Assembly (NCBI GenBank): GCA_031459875.1
Contig: JAVKHQ010000002.1
Span: 32,001 to 96,000 of the forward strand
Source: Candidatus Fervidifonticultor sextus
Lineage (GTDB): Bacteria > Sysuimicrobiota > Sysuimicrobiia > Sysuimicrobiales > Humicultoraceae
Direction: 5' to 3'
Length of the DNA: 64,000 bases
Position numbers and translations under genes: made by a program. The first letter of the stretch is position 1. Each line of letters starts with the position of its first letter. Under the pieces are notes generated by a model. That model made no database searches, was not told the DNA's origin, and was given only the letters and a program-made list of their open reading frames with translations. Positions 28,988-38,606 of the stretch are shown here, piece after piece.

Positions 28988-30241
28988 ATGAGTCTCACGC
29001 AACTCCTGACGCTGGGCATCTTCGTCGTCACCTATGCGCTTGCCGTCAGCCGGGTCGTCAAGATTGCGTACGTCTCGCTGGCCGCCGCGGCGCTGCTGGT
29101 GGTCACCCGTATCCTGACCCCCCACGAGATCGTCACCCAGGCCCTCAAGTGGGACGTGCTGGGCATCTACTGGGGGTTCATGATGGTGTCCATCGCCTTC
29201 ATGGACAGCGGGGTCCCCAAGCTGCTGGCCGAGCGCATCCTCTACCATGCCCACACCGAAAAGCATGCCGTCCTCTACCTGGCGACCGCCACGGCCGGCC
29301 TCTCCATCTGGATGGAAAATGTGGGGGTCGTGTTGATGATGGCGCCCATCGCGCTGGAGATCAGCCGGCGGCTGAACTCTTCCCTCTTCCCCTACATGGT
29401 CACCGTGGGCATCGCTTCCAACGTCGTGACGACCGTGACCATGGTCGCAGACCCGCCAACGATCATCCTGGCCATCGAGACCGGCATGAAGTTCAAAGAC
29501 TTCTACTGGTTCCTGGGGCGTCCGGGACTGGGGACCCTGACGGTCGTCGCCGTCATCGCCGCGCTGCTGACCCTGCTCCTCCAGTTCAGAGGGATGTCCC
29601 AGCGCATTGATCTGCCCGAGGACCGTGCGCCGGTGACCTGGGGCGCGACGGTCCTCTTCGTGGTGGCGGTGACGGCGCTCGCCTTCGGCCACGAGCGGGG
29701 GCTGCCGCCGGGGATCGTGGGGGTGGCGGCCGGCGCCATCGCCCTGTGGCTGAACCGGGGGCGGTTCCGCGCCATGTTCGTGGAGTTCGATTGGAATTCG
29801 TTTGCCTTCATCATCGGGATCTTCGTCGTGGTGCACTCGCTGCGTTCGACGGGGTTGCTGACGGAGTTCGCCCGCCTGCTCCACGGCATCGGCCTCCAGA
29901 GCCCGGCAGTAGCCATGGCCGGCCTGATCTGGATCGCCGTGGCGGCGTCGTCGTTTGTCGACAACGTCCCGTTCACCGTCCTGATGATCCCGGTCGCCCA
30001 GGACCTGGCCCGGCTCCTGGGGATCAGCCCCTGGCCCTTGCTCTACGGCATGCTGGTCGGCACCGGCAGCGGCGGCAACATCACCCCCGTGGGGGCCACC
30101 GCCAACGTCTTCGCCTGCGGCTTCCTGGAGAAGCACGGCTACAGGATCCACCTGGGCCAGTACATGAAGATCAGCGTGCCCTTCACGGTGGTGGCGGTCG
30201 GCGTCGCGCACATCCTGCTGGCCGTCTTCTGGCTGCGGTAG
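28988..30241 (+). CDS. ArsB/NhaD/SLC13 (ion transporter superfamily) anion permease
   Basis: MENV, ADPPTIIL, SSFVDNVPF, GGNITPVGATANV. Confidence 0.88.
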   Translation: MSLTQLLTLGIFVVTYALAVSRVVKIAYVSLAAAALLVVTRILTPHEIVTQALKWDVLGIYWGFMMVSIAFMDSGVPKLLAERILYHAHTEKHAVLYLATATAGLSIWMENVGVVLMMAPIALEISRRLNSSLFPYMVTVGIASNVVTTVTMVADPPTIILAIETGMKFKDFYWFLGRPGLGTLTVVAVIAALLTLLLQFRGMSQRIDLPEDRAPVTWGATVLFVVAVTALAFGHERGLPPGIVGVAAGAIALWLNRGRFRAMFVEFDWNSFAFIIGIFVVVHSLRSTGLLTEFARLLHGIGLQSPAVAMAGLIWIAVAASSFVDNVPFTVLMIPVAQDLARLLGISPWPLLYGMLVGTGSGGNITPVGATANVFACGFLEKHGYRIHLGQYMKISVPFTVVAVGVAHILLAVFWLR

Positions 30242-30269
30242 CCCACCCTCCCCACGGGCCCGCCGGGTC

Positions 30270-30312
30270 TTGACAGCGGGACTCGAGCATGTCCATTATT
30301 TAGGAGTCCTAA
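30270..30312 (+). promoter_or_regulatory. Promoter (TTGACA..CATTAT) and palindromic operator TTAGGA-G-TCCTAA at 30300-30312
   Basis: Inverted repeat overlapping the start region of the MarR gene. Confidence 0.6.
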
Positions 30313-30314
30313 GT

Positions 30315-30968
30315 ATGAAGTACCTGGGTTCCGATCCCTTTGACACCGCCGCGGACCCGCCCACGCAGCGCATCGCCGCCGGTCTGGCCAAGGTGGGACT
30401 GGTCCTCAAGCACCAGGCCTGGCGCCGAGCCGGTGGGAGGGGGCTCTCGCCCACCCAGGCCCAGGTCCTGACAACCTTGCGGCACGCGCCGCGGGGGATG
30501 CGCCTCGGTGCAGTGGCCGACCGGCTGGCCGTCACCTCGGCCACCGCCAGCGAGGCGGTGGGCGCACTGGCGCGGAAGGGGCTGGTCCGCAAGGCGCGGG
30601 ACGTCGCTGACTCCCGGGCAATCTCGATCCGGCTCACGCCGGCAGGCCGCCGGGCGGCCGGCCACCTCGCCGGCTGGCCCGATGTCCTGCTCGACGCCGT
30701 GGACGCCCTCGGGCCGGACGAACAGGCTGTCTTCCTGCGAGGGCTGATCAAGATGATCGCCCTCCTGCAGGAACGGGGGCAGATCCCCGTCTCGCAGATG
30801 TGCGTCACATGTCGCTTCTTCCGGCCGCACGTGTACCGCAATCCAGACCGACCGCACCACTGCGCGTTTGTCGGCGCCCCCTTCGGCGACCGGCACCTGC
30901 GGCTGGACTGTCCGGATCACCAGCCAGCCGTCCCACAACACCTCGATGGGAGGAGGTCGGACGCATGA
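30315..30968 (+). CDS. MarR-family regulator with C-terminal Cys/His cluster
   Basis: GLSPTQAQVL, wHTH, LTPAG; CVTC..HHC..DCPDH. Confidence 0.88.
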   Translation: MKYLGSDPFDTAADPPTQRIAAGLAKVGLVLKHQAWRRAGGRGLSPTQAQVLTTLRHAPRGMRLGAVADRLAVTSATASEAVGALARKGLVRKARDVADSRAISIRLTPAGRRAAGHLAGWPDVLLDAVDALGPDEQAVFLRGLIKMIALLQERGQIPVSQMCVTCRFFRPHVYRNPDRPHHCAFVGAPFGDRHLRLDCPDHQPAVPQHLDGRRSDA

Positions 30969-31555
30969 ACGAGCAGACCATCCCGGGCTACTGGTACGGC
31001 ACCACCCAGGTGGCCCGTTCTCCGGTGACGCCAGACGATCTGGCACGCCTCAAACAGAGCGTCCTGTTTACCGACGACGACGAGCGCTACCTGCGTATGG
31101 CAGGAAAGGTGCTGGCCGACCAGGTGGAGGAGATCCTGGATGTGTGGTACGGGTTTGTCGGATCGCACCCTCACCTGGTCTACTACTTCACCGGCCCCGA
31201 TGGTCACCCCGATGCCAGCTATCTCGCCGCGGTCCGCCGGCGCTTCGGCCAGTGGATTCTCGACACATGTCGGCGAACCTACGATCAGGACTGGCTGAAC
31301 TATCAGCATGAGATCGGCCTGCGCCACCACCGGACCAAGAAGAACCAGACCGACGGCGTGCGCTCGGTACCCCATATCCACCTGCGATACCTGGTCGCTT
31401 TCGTCTACCCCATCACGGCCACCATCAAACCGTTCCTGGCCAAGGGAGGCCACAGCCCCGATGAGGTGGAGAAGATGCACCAGGCGTGGTTCAAGTCCGT
31501 GGTGCTCCAGGTCGCGCTGTGGAGCCGCGCCTACGTCGGCGGGGACGACTGGTAG
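30965..31555 (+). CDS. Protoglobin
   Basis: IPGYWYG, LDVWYGFVGSHPHL, RFGQWILDT, EIGLRHHRTKKNQTD. Confidence 0.92.
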   Translation: MNEQTIPGYWYGTTQVARSPVTPDDLARLKQSVLFTDDDERYLRMAGKVLADQVEEILDVWYGFVGSHPHLVYYFTGPDGHPDASYLAAVRRRFGQWILDTCRRTYDQDWLNYQHEIGLRHHRTKKNQTDGVRSVPHIHLRYLVAFVYPITATIKPFLAKGGHSPDEVEKMHQAWFKSVVLQVALWSRAYVGGDDW

Positions 31556-32222
31556 GCGTCCAGCCGGACTCGCCCGGCTCGGCGCCCTGCGCCCGGATCC
31601 AGGCCATGGCCTCGGCGATGGCGGCCTCCTGTGCGCCCCGGGACTCGGCCGGAGGGGGCAGCGCCGGGCCGATCCGCACGGCCACCCGGCCCGGTCGGGG
31701 CAGACGGGCGCCCAGCGGGAAGACCCGGCCGGTCCCGATCAGGGCGACCGGGGTGATCGGGACGCCGGCGCGGGCAGCCAGGAGGGCCGCCCCGCGGCGG
31801 GGCGCACGAGGCTGCGGGCTCACCCCGCCTTCGGGGAAGACCCCGACCTTGCGGCCGGCGGTCAACGCCAGCAGCGCCTCGCGGACGGCATCGGTGTCCA
31901 CCTCGCCCCGGCGCACCGGAATGCAGCCGTAGGTCCGCATCGCCCAGCCCACGGCCGGCAGGGCCAGGAACTCGCCGGCCGCCACGAACAGCACCCGGTC
32001 CGGCACCGCGGCGGCGATGAAGAGCGGGTCCAGGGCGCTGGGATGGTTGGCCACGAGCACGGCGGCGCCCGCAGGATACCGCTCGAGGCCTTCGGCGTGG
32101 AACCCGAAGAGCACGCGGAGCAGGGCGCCGACGACCGCGTGCGTGAGTCGGAACAGGAAGGTCTCCCGAGGCCACCGGGAGGGCCGGAGCCGGTGCGGGC
32201 GGCGGTGGTGGTCCTGATCCAT
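31491..32222 (-). CDS. PlsC-like lysophospholipid acyltransferase
   Basis: NHPSALD, VFPEGG; 3' end overlaps convergent protoglobin gene. Confidence 0.85.
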   Translation of the reverse strand: MDQDHHRRPHRLRPSRWPRETFLFRLTHAVVGALLRVLFGFHAEGLERYPAGAAVLVANHPSALDPLFIAAAVPDRVLFVAAGEFLALPAVGWAMRTYGCIPVRRGEVDTDAVREALLALTAGRKVGVFPEGGVSPQPRAPRRGAALLAARAGVPITPVALIGTGRVFPLGARLPRPGRVAVRIGPALPPPAESRGAQEAAIAEAMAWIRAQGAEPGESGWTPTSRPRRRRRGSTARPGAPRT

Positions 32223-32260
32223 GCGTCGGGAGCGGGAGCAGGGCGAGGACCCAAGAGGGC

Positions 32261-33073
32261 CTACTCGGGGACGATCCTCGCGACCTTCACCGTGTTCTGG
32301 ACCGCGGCCACCTCGGGCACCCGGCCGGCCACCTCGCTGGCGGCGAGGCACTCCTCCGCCGAGAACACGAGTCCCCCGAGTGTAACGACTCCCCGGTGCG
32401 CGGTCACCTGAAGATCCGACCGCGCCAGCCGCGCATCCATCTTCAGGGCCTCGGCCACCCGGGCCGCCAGCGCCCGATCGCGCACCTCCTGGCGCGAAGC
32501 CTCGTCGGCCTGAAACTCCGGAGCGTCCAGCAGCCGCTCGATGAGGCCGCAGCCCTCCTCGACGGTGATCCGCTCGGTGTTGATGACGAGATCGTAGAGG
32601 TCGCTGTCCTCCCACTCCACGTCGAAGAACTGCCGCAGGCGGGCCCGCACCCCCGCATCGTACCGCTGGGCCAGCGCCCGGGCCTCGACGCGCGGGATGT
32701 GCAGGCGGTCTGCCAGCCGCCCGACCCGCACCTCCAGCGGCGCGCAGACGCGCACCCGCACCGCGTGGCGGACGCCCCGGAGCAGCATGGTGGACCAGCG
32801 GCCCAGGAGGACCACGTTGTCTTCCGCCGCGAACGCCAGGACCGCCGCGGCCACGTGGAGGTAGTTCCGGCGGCCCGGTTCGCTGAGCCGCTCCCACAAT
32901 CCCGGAGGGGCCTCGACCGACTCCAGCAGCTGCTGCTCGCTGATCTCTCCGAACCGTGCCGCCTCGGCCAGGATCTCGCGCCGCACGTGGCGGTAGCCGC
33001 GGCGCTGGGCCAGGCGCTCTGCGATATAGGTACCCAGGCTGCCCAGTTCACGGGTCATCGCAACGATCCCCAT
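32261..33073 (-). CDS. Cytidylate kinase-like family protein fused to BON domain
   Basis: TRELGSLG, VLLGRW, YDLVINT; C-terminal GVVTLGG..VAAVQN. Confidence 0.82.
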   Translation of the reverse strand: MGIVAMTRELGSLGTYIAERLAQRRGYRHVRREILAEAARFGEISEQQLLESVEAPPGLWERLSEPGRRNYLHVAAAVLAFAAEDNVVLLGRWSTMLLRGVRHAVRVRVCAPLEVRVGRLADRLHIPRVEARALAQRYDAGVRARLRQFFDVEWEDSDLYDLVINTERITVEEGCGLIERLLDAPEFQADEASRQEVRDRALAARVAEALKMDARLARSDLQVTAHRGVVTLGGLVFSAEECLAASEVAGRVPEVAAVQNTVKVARIVPE

Positions 33074-33102
33074 CGGCCCTCCGCCTCCAGGAACACCCGT
33101 GC

Positions 33103-34632
33103 TCAGGTGCGATCCGCCGCACCGGCCGCTGCCTGACCGCCCGGGTTCTTCCCCCGGCGCAGGGCGCGATAGGCGGGCAGGAGGAAGAGCACGACACTGG
33201 CCAGGATGAAGAGCAGGGCGATCGGCCGGGTGAAGAAGATGGCGGGCGAGCCCTGCCCCATGATGAGGCTCTGGCGCAGGGCCTGCTCGGTCATGTCGCC
33301 GAGGACCAGCGCGACGACCAGGGGGGCCAGGGGGTAGTCGAGTTTCTTGAACAGGTACCCCGCCACGCCCGCCCCCAGCATGAGCCAGAGGTCGAGGATC
33401 TGGTTGTTGGTGGCATAGGCCCCGATGCTGGAGAAGATGACGATCAGCGGGGCCAGGATGCCGAACGGGATCCGGTTGATGGCGGCGAAGACGGGGACCA
33501 GGGTCAGGACCAGCAGGACCCCGATGAGGTTGGCGGTGTACATGGACCCGATGAGGCCCCAGACGAACTCCCGCTGTTCTTTGAACAGCAGGGCCCCGGG
33601 GTTGAGGCCCCAGATGAAGAAGCCCGCCAGCATGACGGCGGCGGTGGGCGAGCCAGGGATCCCCAGGGTGACCATGGGCAGCAGCGCGCCGATACCCGCC
33701 GCGTGGGCGGCGGTCTCCGGCGCCACCACGCCCTCGACCTCGCCCTTGCCGAACCGTTCGGGGTGCCTGCTGAACTGCCTGGCCATGCCGTAACTCATGA
33801 AGGAGGCCGGGGTGGCTCCGGTACCCGGGAGCACACCAATCCAGAACCCCAAAATCGTCGCGCGGACGAGCGTGGTCACGTACCGGGGAAACAGCCTCCA
33901 GGTCTCCCACACGTCACGGAATCCCAGGCGCGCGCGGATGCCTTCCAGCCGCAGCCCTTCCTCCACGGTCAGGAGGATCTCGCCGAGGCCGAAGAGGCCG
34001 ATGGCAATCACGACGAAGTTGATGCCGCCCTGGAGGGCCACGACACCGAAGTGCATCCGCGGCTGTCCCGTCACGATGTCGAAGCCCACGGTCGCCAGCA
34101 GCAGGCCCAGCAGGGTCATCAGGATCGTCTTCGCCGGATCCCCGCCGCCCAGCCCGGCGAACGTCGCAAAGGCCAGCAGGAACACGGCGAAGTTCTCCGG
34201 GGGCCCAAACCGGAGCGCCAGGTCGGCCAGCGGCGGGGCGAAGAACGTGAACAGGACGATGGACACCAGCGCCCCGATGAACGACGACGTGAACGCGGCG
34301 GTCAGCGCGATGCCCGGTTTGCCCTGCTTGGCCAGCGGATAGCCGTCGAAGGTCGTGGCCACCGACCACGGCTCCCCCGGGATGTTGAACAGGATCGCGG
34401 TGATCGCGCCCCCGAAGATGGCGCCCCAGTACACCGACGCCAGCAGGATGATGGCTGAGGTCGGCTTGAGGGTAAAGGTGAGCGGCAGCAGCAGCGCGAT
34501 GCCGTTGGTCCCCCCCAGGCCCGGGAGCACCCCGATGGCCGTGCCCAGGACCAAGCCGACCACTGCCACGCCCATGTTGACGGGGGTGAGCGCGACCCCC
34601 AGGCCGTAGAGCAGATCGCTGAAGACGGACAC
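33103..34632 (-). CDS. tctA: Tripartite tricarboxylate transporter large membrane subunit
   Basis: GVLPGLG, NIPGE, APETAAHA, LGIPGS. Confidence 0.92.
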   Translation of the reverse strand: MSVFSDLLYGLGVALTPVNMGVAVVGLVLGTAIGVLPGLGGTNGIALLLPLTFTLKPTSAIILLASVYWGAIFGGAITAILFNIPGEPWSVATTFDGYPLAKQGKPGIALTAAFTSSFIGALVSIVLFTFFAPPLADLALRFGPPENFAVFLLAFATFAGLGGGDPAKTILMTLLGLLLATVGFDIVTGQPRMHFGVVALQGGINFVVIAIGLFGLGEILLTVEEGLRLEGIRARLGFRDVWETWRLFPRYVTTLVRATILGFWIGVLPGTGATPASFMSYGMARQFSRHPERFGKGEVEGVVAPETAAHAAGIGALLPMVTLGIPGSPTAAVMLAGFFIWGLNPGALLFKEQREFVWGLIGSMYTANLIGVLLVLTLVPVFAAINRIPFGILAPLIVIFSSIGAYATNNQILDLWLMLGAGVAGYLFKKLDYPLAPLVVALVLGDMTEQALRQSLIMGQGSPAIFFTRPIALLFILASVVLFLLPAYRALRRGKNPGGQAAAGAADRT

Positions 34633-34635
34633 GCG

Positions 34636-35109
34636 CTATCTCCGGTAGAGGAGGTATTCCAGGATGACACCCTTGGGCAGCAGGAGGAGGAACCACCGCT
34701 CGAAGATGAGGAAGAGCCCCAGCGGGATCAGCACGCTGACCAGCACGATGGTGACCGGGCGGTGGCGTCCCACGAACAGCGTGTAGCCTGCCAGGTACAG
34801 GGCCCCGCCCAGGTAGAGCCCCAGGTAGTCGATGAGGGCCACCACGGCCACCATGGGCAGGAACGCAGCCACGAGGGGCTTCCAGGCGCCGGGTGGGAGG
34901 AAGGGCCGGTCGCCGCCCGGAGCCGCCTGCAGGCTCTTAAGCAGGATCAGGATCGCGTTGAATGCCAGCCCGATCGCCAGCACCGTCGGGAAGAACCCGG
35001 CTCCCGGGCCCGTCGGGGTCCAGGCGACCGGCAGGCGGACTGCTTCCCGCAAAAGCAGGATGGCGCTCGCGACGAGCGCGAGCGCCATCGCCTGCCCGGC
35101 CCTATGCAT
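34636..35109 (-). CDS. tctB: Tripartite tricarboxylate transporter small subunit
   Basis: GPGAGFFP, 4 TM, LPKG. Confidence 0.88.
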   Translation of the reverse strand: MHRAGQAMALALVASAILLLREAVRLPVAWTPTGPGAGFFPTVLAIGLAFNAILILLKSLQAAPGGDRPFLPPGAWKPLVAAFLPMVAVVALIDYLGLYLGGALYLAGYTLFVGRHRPVTIVLVSVLIPLGLFLIFERWFLLLLPKGVILEYLLYRR

Positions 35110-35133
35110 GGGGCATCCGGTGACGGGGCGGGA

Positions 35134-36156
35134 TCACTCTTTGGGCACCAGCCCGCCCCTGACCATGAGGGTGCGCACCTGGGCGTCCTTCTGGTCCAGC
35201 CACCGCACGAACTCGGCGCCGGTCAAAAACGCCTTCGTGTAGGCTCCGCGCTCGATGAAGTCGGCCATCTCCCGGGTGTCCAGCACCTTCCGAAACACGT
35301 CCTGGTAGAACACCACAGCCTCACCCGGCATCTCCGGCGGCCCGAAGATCCCGCGCAGCATCATGTATTCCAGCGGGAACCCCAGTTCCTTCATCGTCGG
35401 GATCTCCCGCCACCTGGGGAAGGGCACGCGCTCACTGGCGAAGAACGCCAGCGGCCGCACCCGCCCCGCCTCCCAGTGCCCGACGGCCTCGATGGGGTTG
35501 TTCACCGTGAAGTCCACCTGCTTGCCGACCAGCGCGGCTGCCACGGCGCCTCCGCCTGGGAACGGGACATAGGTGAACTTCACGTCCCACGCCTGCTCGA
35601 GCATCACCATGATGATCTCGTCTTCCTGCTTGGATCCCGTGCCGGCCATCTTCAGGCTGCCGGGCGGCGCGGCCTTGGCCGCCCGCTGGAAGTCGGCGAC
35701 GGTCCGCCAGGGCGAGTCGGCATGGACCCACAGGACGAAGTGGTCCAGCAGGAGTCGGGCGATCGGGGTCAGGTCCCGCCAGGAGAACCGGCCGCCGTCG
35801 CGCTTGCGGATGACCTGCGCGATGGGCGTGGCGAACAGGTTGTCCAGCGTGATGAGGATCGTGTGGGGATCCCCGGTCTTGTCGATCATCCACAGGAACG
35901 CCTGGGCCCCGGCGCCGGCCGGCCGGTTGACCGGGATCAGCGGCTGGGGCGAAAGGTGATACTGGGCCACCAGCGGCGCGATGAACCGCGCCTGCTGGTC
36001 GGCACCTCCCCCGGTGCCTGCGGGGACGGTCCACTCGACGGGGCGGCGGGGCGCCCAGGCCGGGCCGCCAGAGGCGGGCCCCACAAGAACCAGCGCCCCT
36101 ACCAGTCCGAGGGCCAGTGCGAGACGAGCCGTGCGGAGTTCCAGCGTCATCTCCAT
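35134..36156 (-). CDS. tctC: Tripartite tricarboxylate transporter substrate-binding protein (Bug/TctC)
   Basis: VPAGTGGGAD..AR, NRPAGAG, VPFPGGG, IPTMKELG. Confidence 0.92.
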   Translation of the reverse strand: MEMTLELRTARLALALGLVGALVLVGPASGGPAWAPRRPVEWTVPAGTGGGADQQARFIAPLVAQYHLSPQPLIPVNRPAGAGAQAFLWMIDKTGDPHTILITLDNLFATPIAQVIRKRDGGRFSWRDLTPIARLLLDHFVLWVHADSPWRTVADFQRAAKAAPPGSLKMAGTGSKQEDEIIMVMLEQAWDVKFTYVPFPGGGAVAAALVGKQVDFTVNNPIEAVGHWEAGRVRPLAFFASERVPFPRWREIPTMKELGFPLEYMMLRGIFGPPEMPGEAVVFYQDVFRKVLDTREMADFIERGAYTKAFLTGAEFVRWLDQKDAQVRTLMVRGGLVPKE

Positions 36157-36304
36157 CCCCTCCACTCAAGGTATTGGTGACGAAGTCGGTCATGAAGAGG
36201 GCAGCTCCCCGATCCCGTCGGATGGGGAGCCGTGGTGTCTGTGAGATTGCCCGGCACGCGCGAGATCACCCGAGGCCTCCGGCCAAGCCCCGGTGCGTTC
36301 CAAA

Positions 36305-37330
36305 TCAGGCCGGCGGCTTGTCCTTCCCGAGTTCGCTGGCAAACGGAATGACGCCGGGGATCAGCCATTTGTTCCACATCTCGTCGACCTTGGCCTGGAA
36401 GTAGTCGATGTCGTCGTCGGTGAAGTGGGCGAAGCGTCCCTGCCGGAGCAGGTAGTCGCGCACCGGCAGGCGCTTGGTCCGACCCTCGGCGATGCCCTTG
36501 GACCGCCCGTAAAGCCTGAGGGTGTGGTTCTCCACCTCGTAGAGCGGCCAGATGCCGCAGTTGACGGCCAGTTCCCCCAGTTCGTGGGAGAGCATCGGGT
36601 CGTAGTCCCACCCCTTGGGGCAGGGGTCCAGGGAGTGGATGAAGGTGGGGCCGCCGATCGACAGCGCCTTGCGCACCCGGTTCATCATGTCCACGGCGTA
36701 GGAGGCGCAGACGGTGGCCACGTACCGGCACTCAGGGTGCCCCGCGGCCAGCATCCCCGCCACGTTCTTCTTCCACCGGGTGTGCAGGATGCGCTTCATC
36801 TTGCCCGGCGGGCTGAAGGTGGTGTGCGCGCCCCAGGGGGTGACCCCCGAGAGCTGGATGTCGGTGTTGGCGTAGGACTCGTTGTCGTAGAGCAGGATCA
36901 GGAAGTTGTAGTCGGTGTGGGTGAGCGCGGCCGAGATGGCCGACAGCCCCATGTCGGCACCGCCACCGTCGCCGCAGAAGGCGATGACGTTGATGGGCTC
37001 GCTGGGGATCTTGCCCTTGCGCATCAGCACCCGCAGCGCCGCTGCGGTGCCCAACCCGGCCGACCCGCTGCTGCCGAGCTGGGTGTGCATCCAGGGGACC
37101 ACCCAGGAGGTGCTGTAGTACGTCGTGTTGGCGACGTACATGCACCCGGTGCTGCCCAGCACGATGGTGCGCGGCCCGGCGGCCTTGACCATGAGCTTCA
37201 TGACCAGGGCCGACTCACACCCCTGGCACGTCCGGTGGCCGGAAGTGAAGTACTCCTCCAGCGGCACCTTCTTGACCCCTTTGAAGGGGTCGAGGACCGG
37301 AGTCGGATACGTCTCGATCGCGTCCGCCAT
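36305..37330 (-). CDS. 2-oxoacid:ferredoxin oxidoreductase beta subunit (TPP, 4Fe-4S), oxalate oxidoreductase-like
   Basis: GHRTCQGC, TGCMYVANT, GDGG, YDNESYANT, PCPKGW. Confidence 0.9.
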   Translation of the reverse strand: MADAIETYPTPVLDPFKGVKKVPLEEYFTSGHRTCQGCESALVMKLMVKAAGPRTIVLGSTGCMYVANTTYYSTSWVVPWMHTQLGSSGSAGLGTAAALRVLMRKGKIPSEPINVIAFCGDGGGADMGLSAISAALTHTDYNFLILLYDNESYANTDIQLSGVTPWGAHTTFSPPGKMKRILHTRWKKNVAGMLAAGHPECRYVATVCASYAVDMMNRVRKALSIGGPTFIHSLDPCPKGWDYDPMLSHELGELAVNCGIWPLYEVENHTLRLYGRSKGIAEGRTKRLPVRDYLLRQGRFAHFTDDDIDYFQAKVDEMWNKWLIPGVIPFASELGKDKPPA

Positions 37331-37344
37331 TGCTGCCACCCCCG

Positions 37345-38568
37345 CTATTCGCGCAGCCCAATCCAGTAGGTGTCGGCCAGCCGCTCGCCGTTGGCGGCCC
37401 GGTAGACCATGTCGGTCATCTCGTGCACGTTGGGCACGGTGACCTCGCGCCCGCCGAGGCCGCAGATGAACCCCACCACTGGCGGCCGCCGCTCGGCGCC
37501 GTAGAGGGCGGTGCGCACCTCGTTGGCGACGACGCCGCTGAAGTAGGGCGACCCGAACGAGTAGTCCCGGTCGATCACGCCGACCGCCGCGAAGCGCCCC
37601 AGGACCTCCTGCAGGAGCTCGGTGGGAAACGGCCTAAACCACCGCAGGCGCACGAAGCCCACCTTCCGGCCCTCCCTTCGCATCTTGCGGATGGCCACCT
37701 TGACCGGCATCGACAGCGTCCCCATGCCCAGCAGGACCACGTCGGCGTCGTCGGTCTCGTACTCCTCGAAGAACGGGTTGCCGTAGCGCCGGCCGAAGAT
37801 GCGCTCGAAGTCGGCATAGGCCTCGCGGATGACCTGCGGAGCGCGCCGGGCGGCCGCGTCGTTCTGCTTGCGGATCTCCATGACCCAGTCCTCATTGGCC
37901 TGGGGGGCCACCGTGATGGGGTTGTCGGGGTGCAGGGTGAGGTCCCCGCGGTTGTAGCGCGGCAGGAACTCGTTGACCCACTCCTGCGGCGGGATCTTCA
38001 CCAGCGACTGCGAGTGGGTCAGGAAGGCCCCGTCGCATCCGATGGCGCACGGCAGGAAGACGCGGCGGTCCTCGGCGATGCGCCAGGCCAGCAGGGCGGT
38101 GTCCAGGGCCTCCTGCGCCGTGTCCACCCAGACCAGCAACCACCCCAGGTCCCGCACCGCCAGGGCATCGTTGTGCTCGACGCCGAAGGCGCCGGGATCG
38201 TCCAGGGCCCGGTTGCCCACCATGGCCACCATGGGGATCCGCAACGCCGGGGTGACGGTAAGGGCCTCGAAGGCGTACATCCACCCCACGCCGCTGGAAC
38301 CCACGAAGACCCGCGCGCCCACCGCCGAGGCGTGCTTGACGATCTCGAACTGCGAGTGCTCGCTCTCGGCGACGATGTACTCGCAGTCCAGTTCGCCGTT
38401 GGCCACGAGTTTGGCCACGTACTGCATCACGGTGTCATAGGGACGGATGGGGTAGGCGGTGATCACATCCACGTCGGCCAGCTTGCAGGCGACCGCGATC
38501 GCCTCGCTGCCGCTGATCAGCGCCTCGGTTTCCCGCAGTGCGACTTCGGCTTCTCTGACCTGTGCCAT
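37345..38568 (-). CDS. 2-oxoacid:ferredoxin oxidoreductase alpha subunit, oxalate oxidoreductase-like (YPIRP)
   Basis: YPIRPY, ESEH, GSSGVG, NRALDDPGAFGVEH, RPFP, GLGGR. Confidence 0.9.
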   Translation of the reverse strand: MAQVREAEVALRETEALISGSEAIAVACKLADVDVITAYPIRPYDTVMQYVAKLVANGELDCEYIVAESEHSQFEIVKHASAVGARVFVGSSGVGWMYAFEALTVTPALRIPMVAMVGNRALDDPGAFGVEHNDALAVRDLGWLLVWVDTAQEALDTALLAWRIAEDRRVFLPCAIGCDGAFLTHSQSLVKIPPQEWVNEFLPRYNRGDLTLHPDNPITVAPQANEDWVMEIRKQNDAAARRAPQVIREAYADFERIFGRRYGNPFFEEYETDDADVVLLGMGTLSMPVKVAIRKMRREGRKVGFVRLRWFRPFPTELLQEVLGRFAAVGVIDRDYSFGSPYFSGVVANEVRTALYGAERRPPVVGFICGLGGREVTVPNVHEMTDMVYRAANGERLADTYWIGLRE

Positions 38569-38606
38569 CGTCACCCTCCTTGCACGCGCTGACTCGGACG
38601 CATCGG

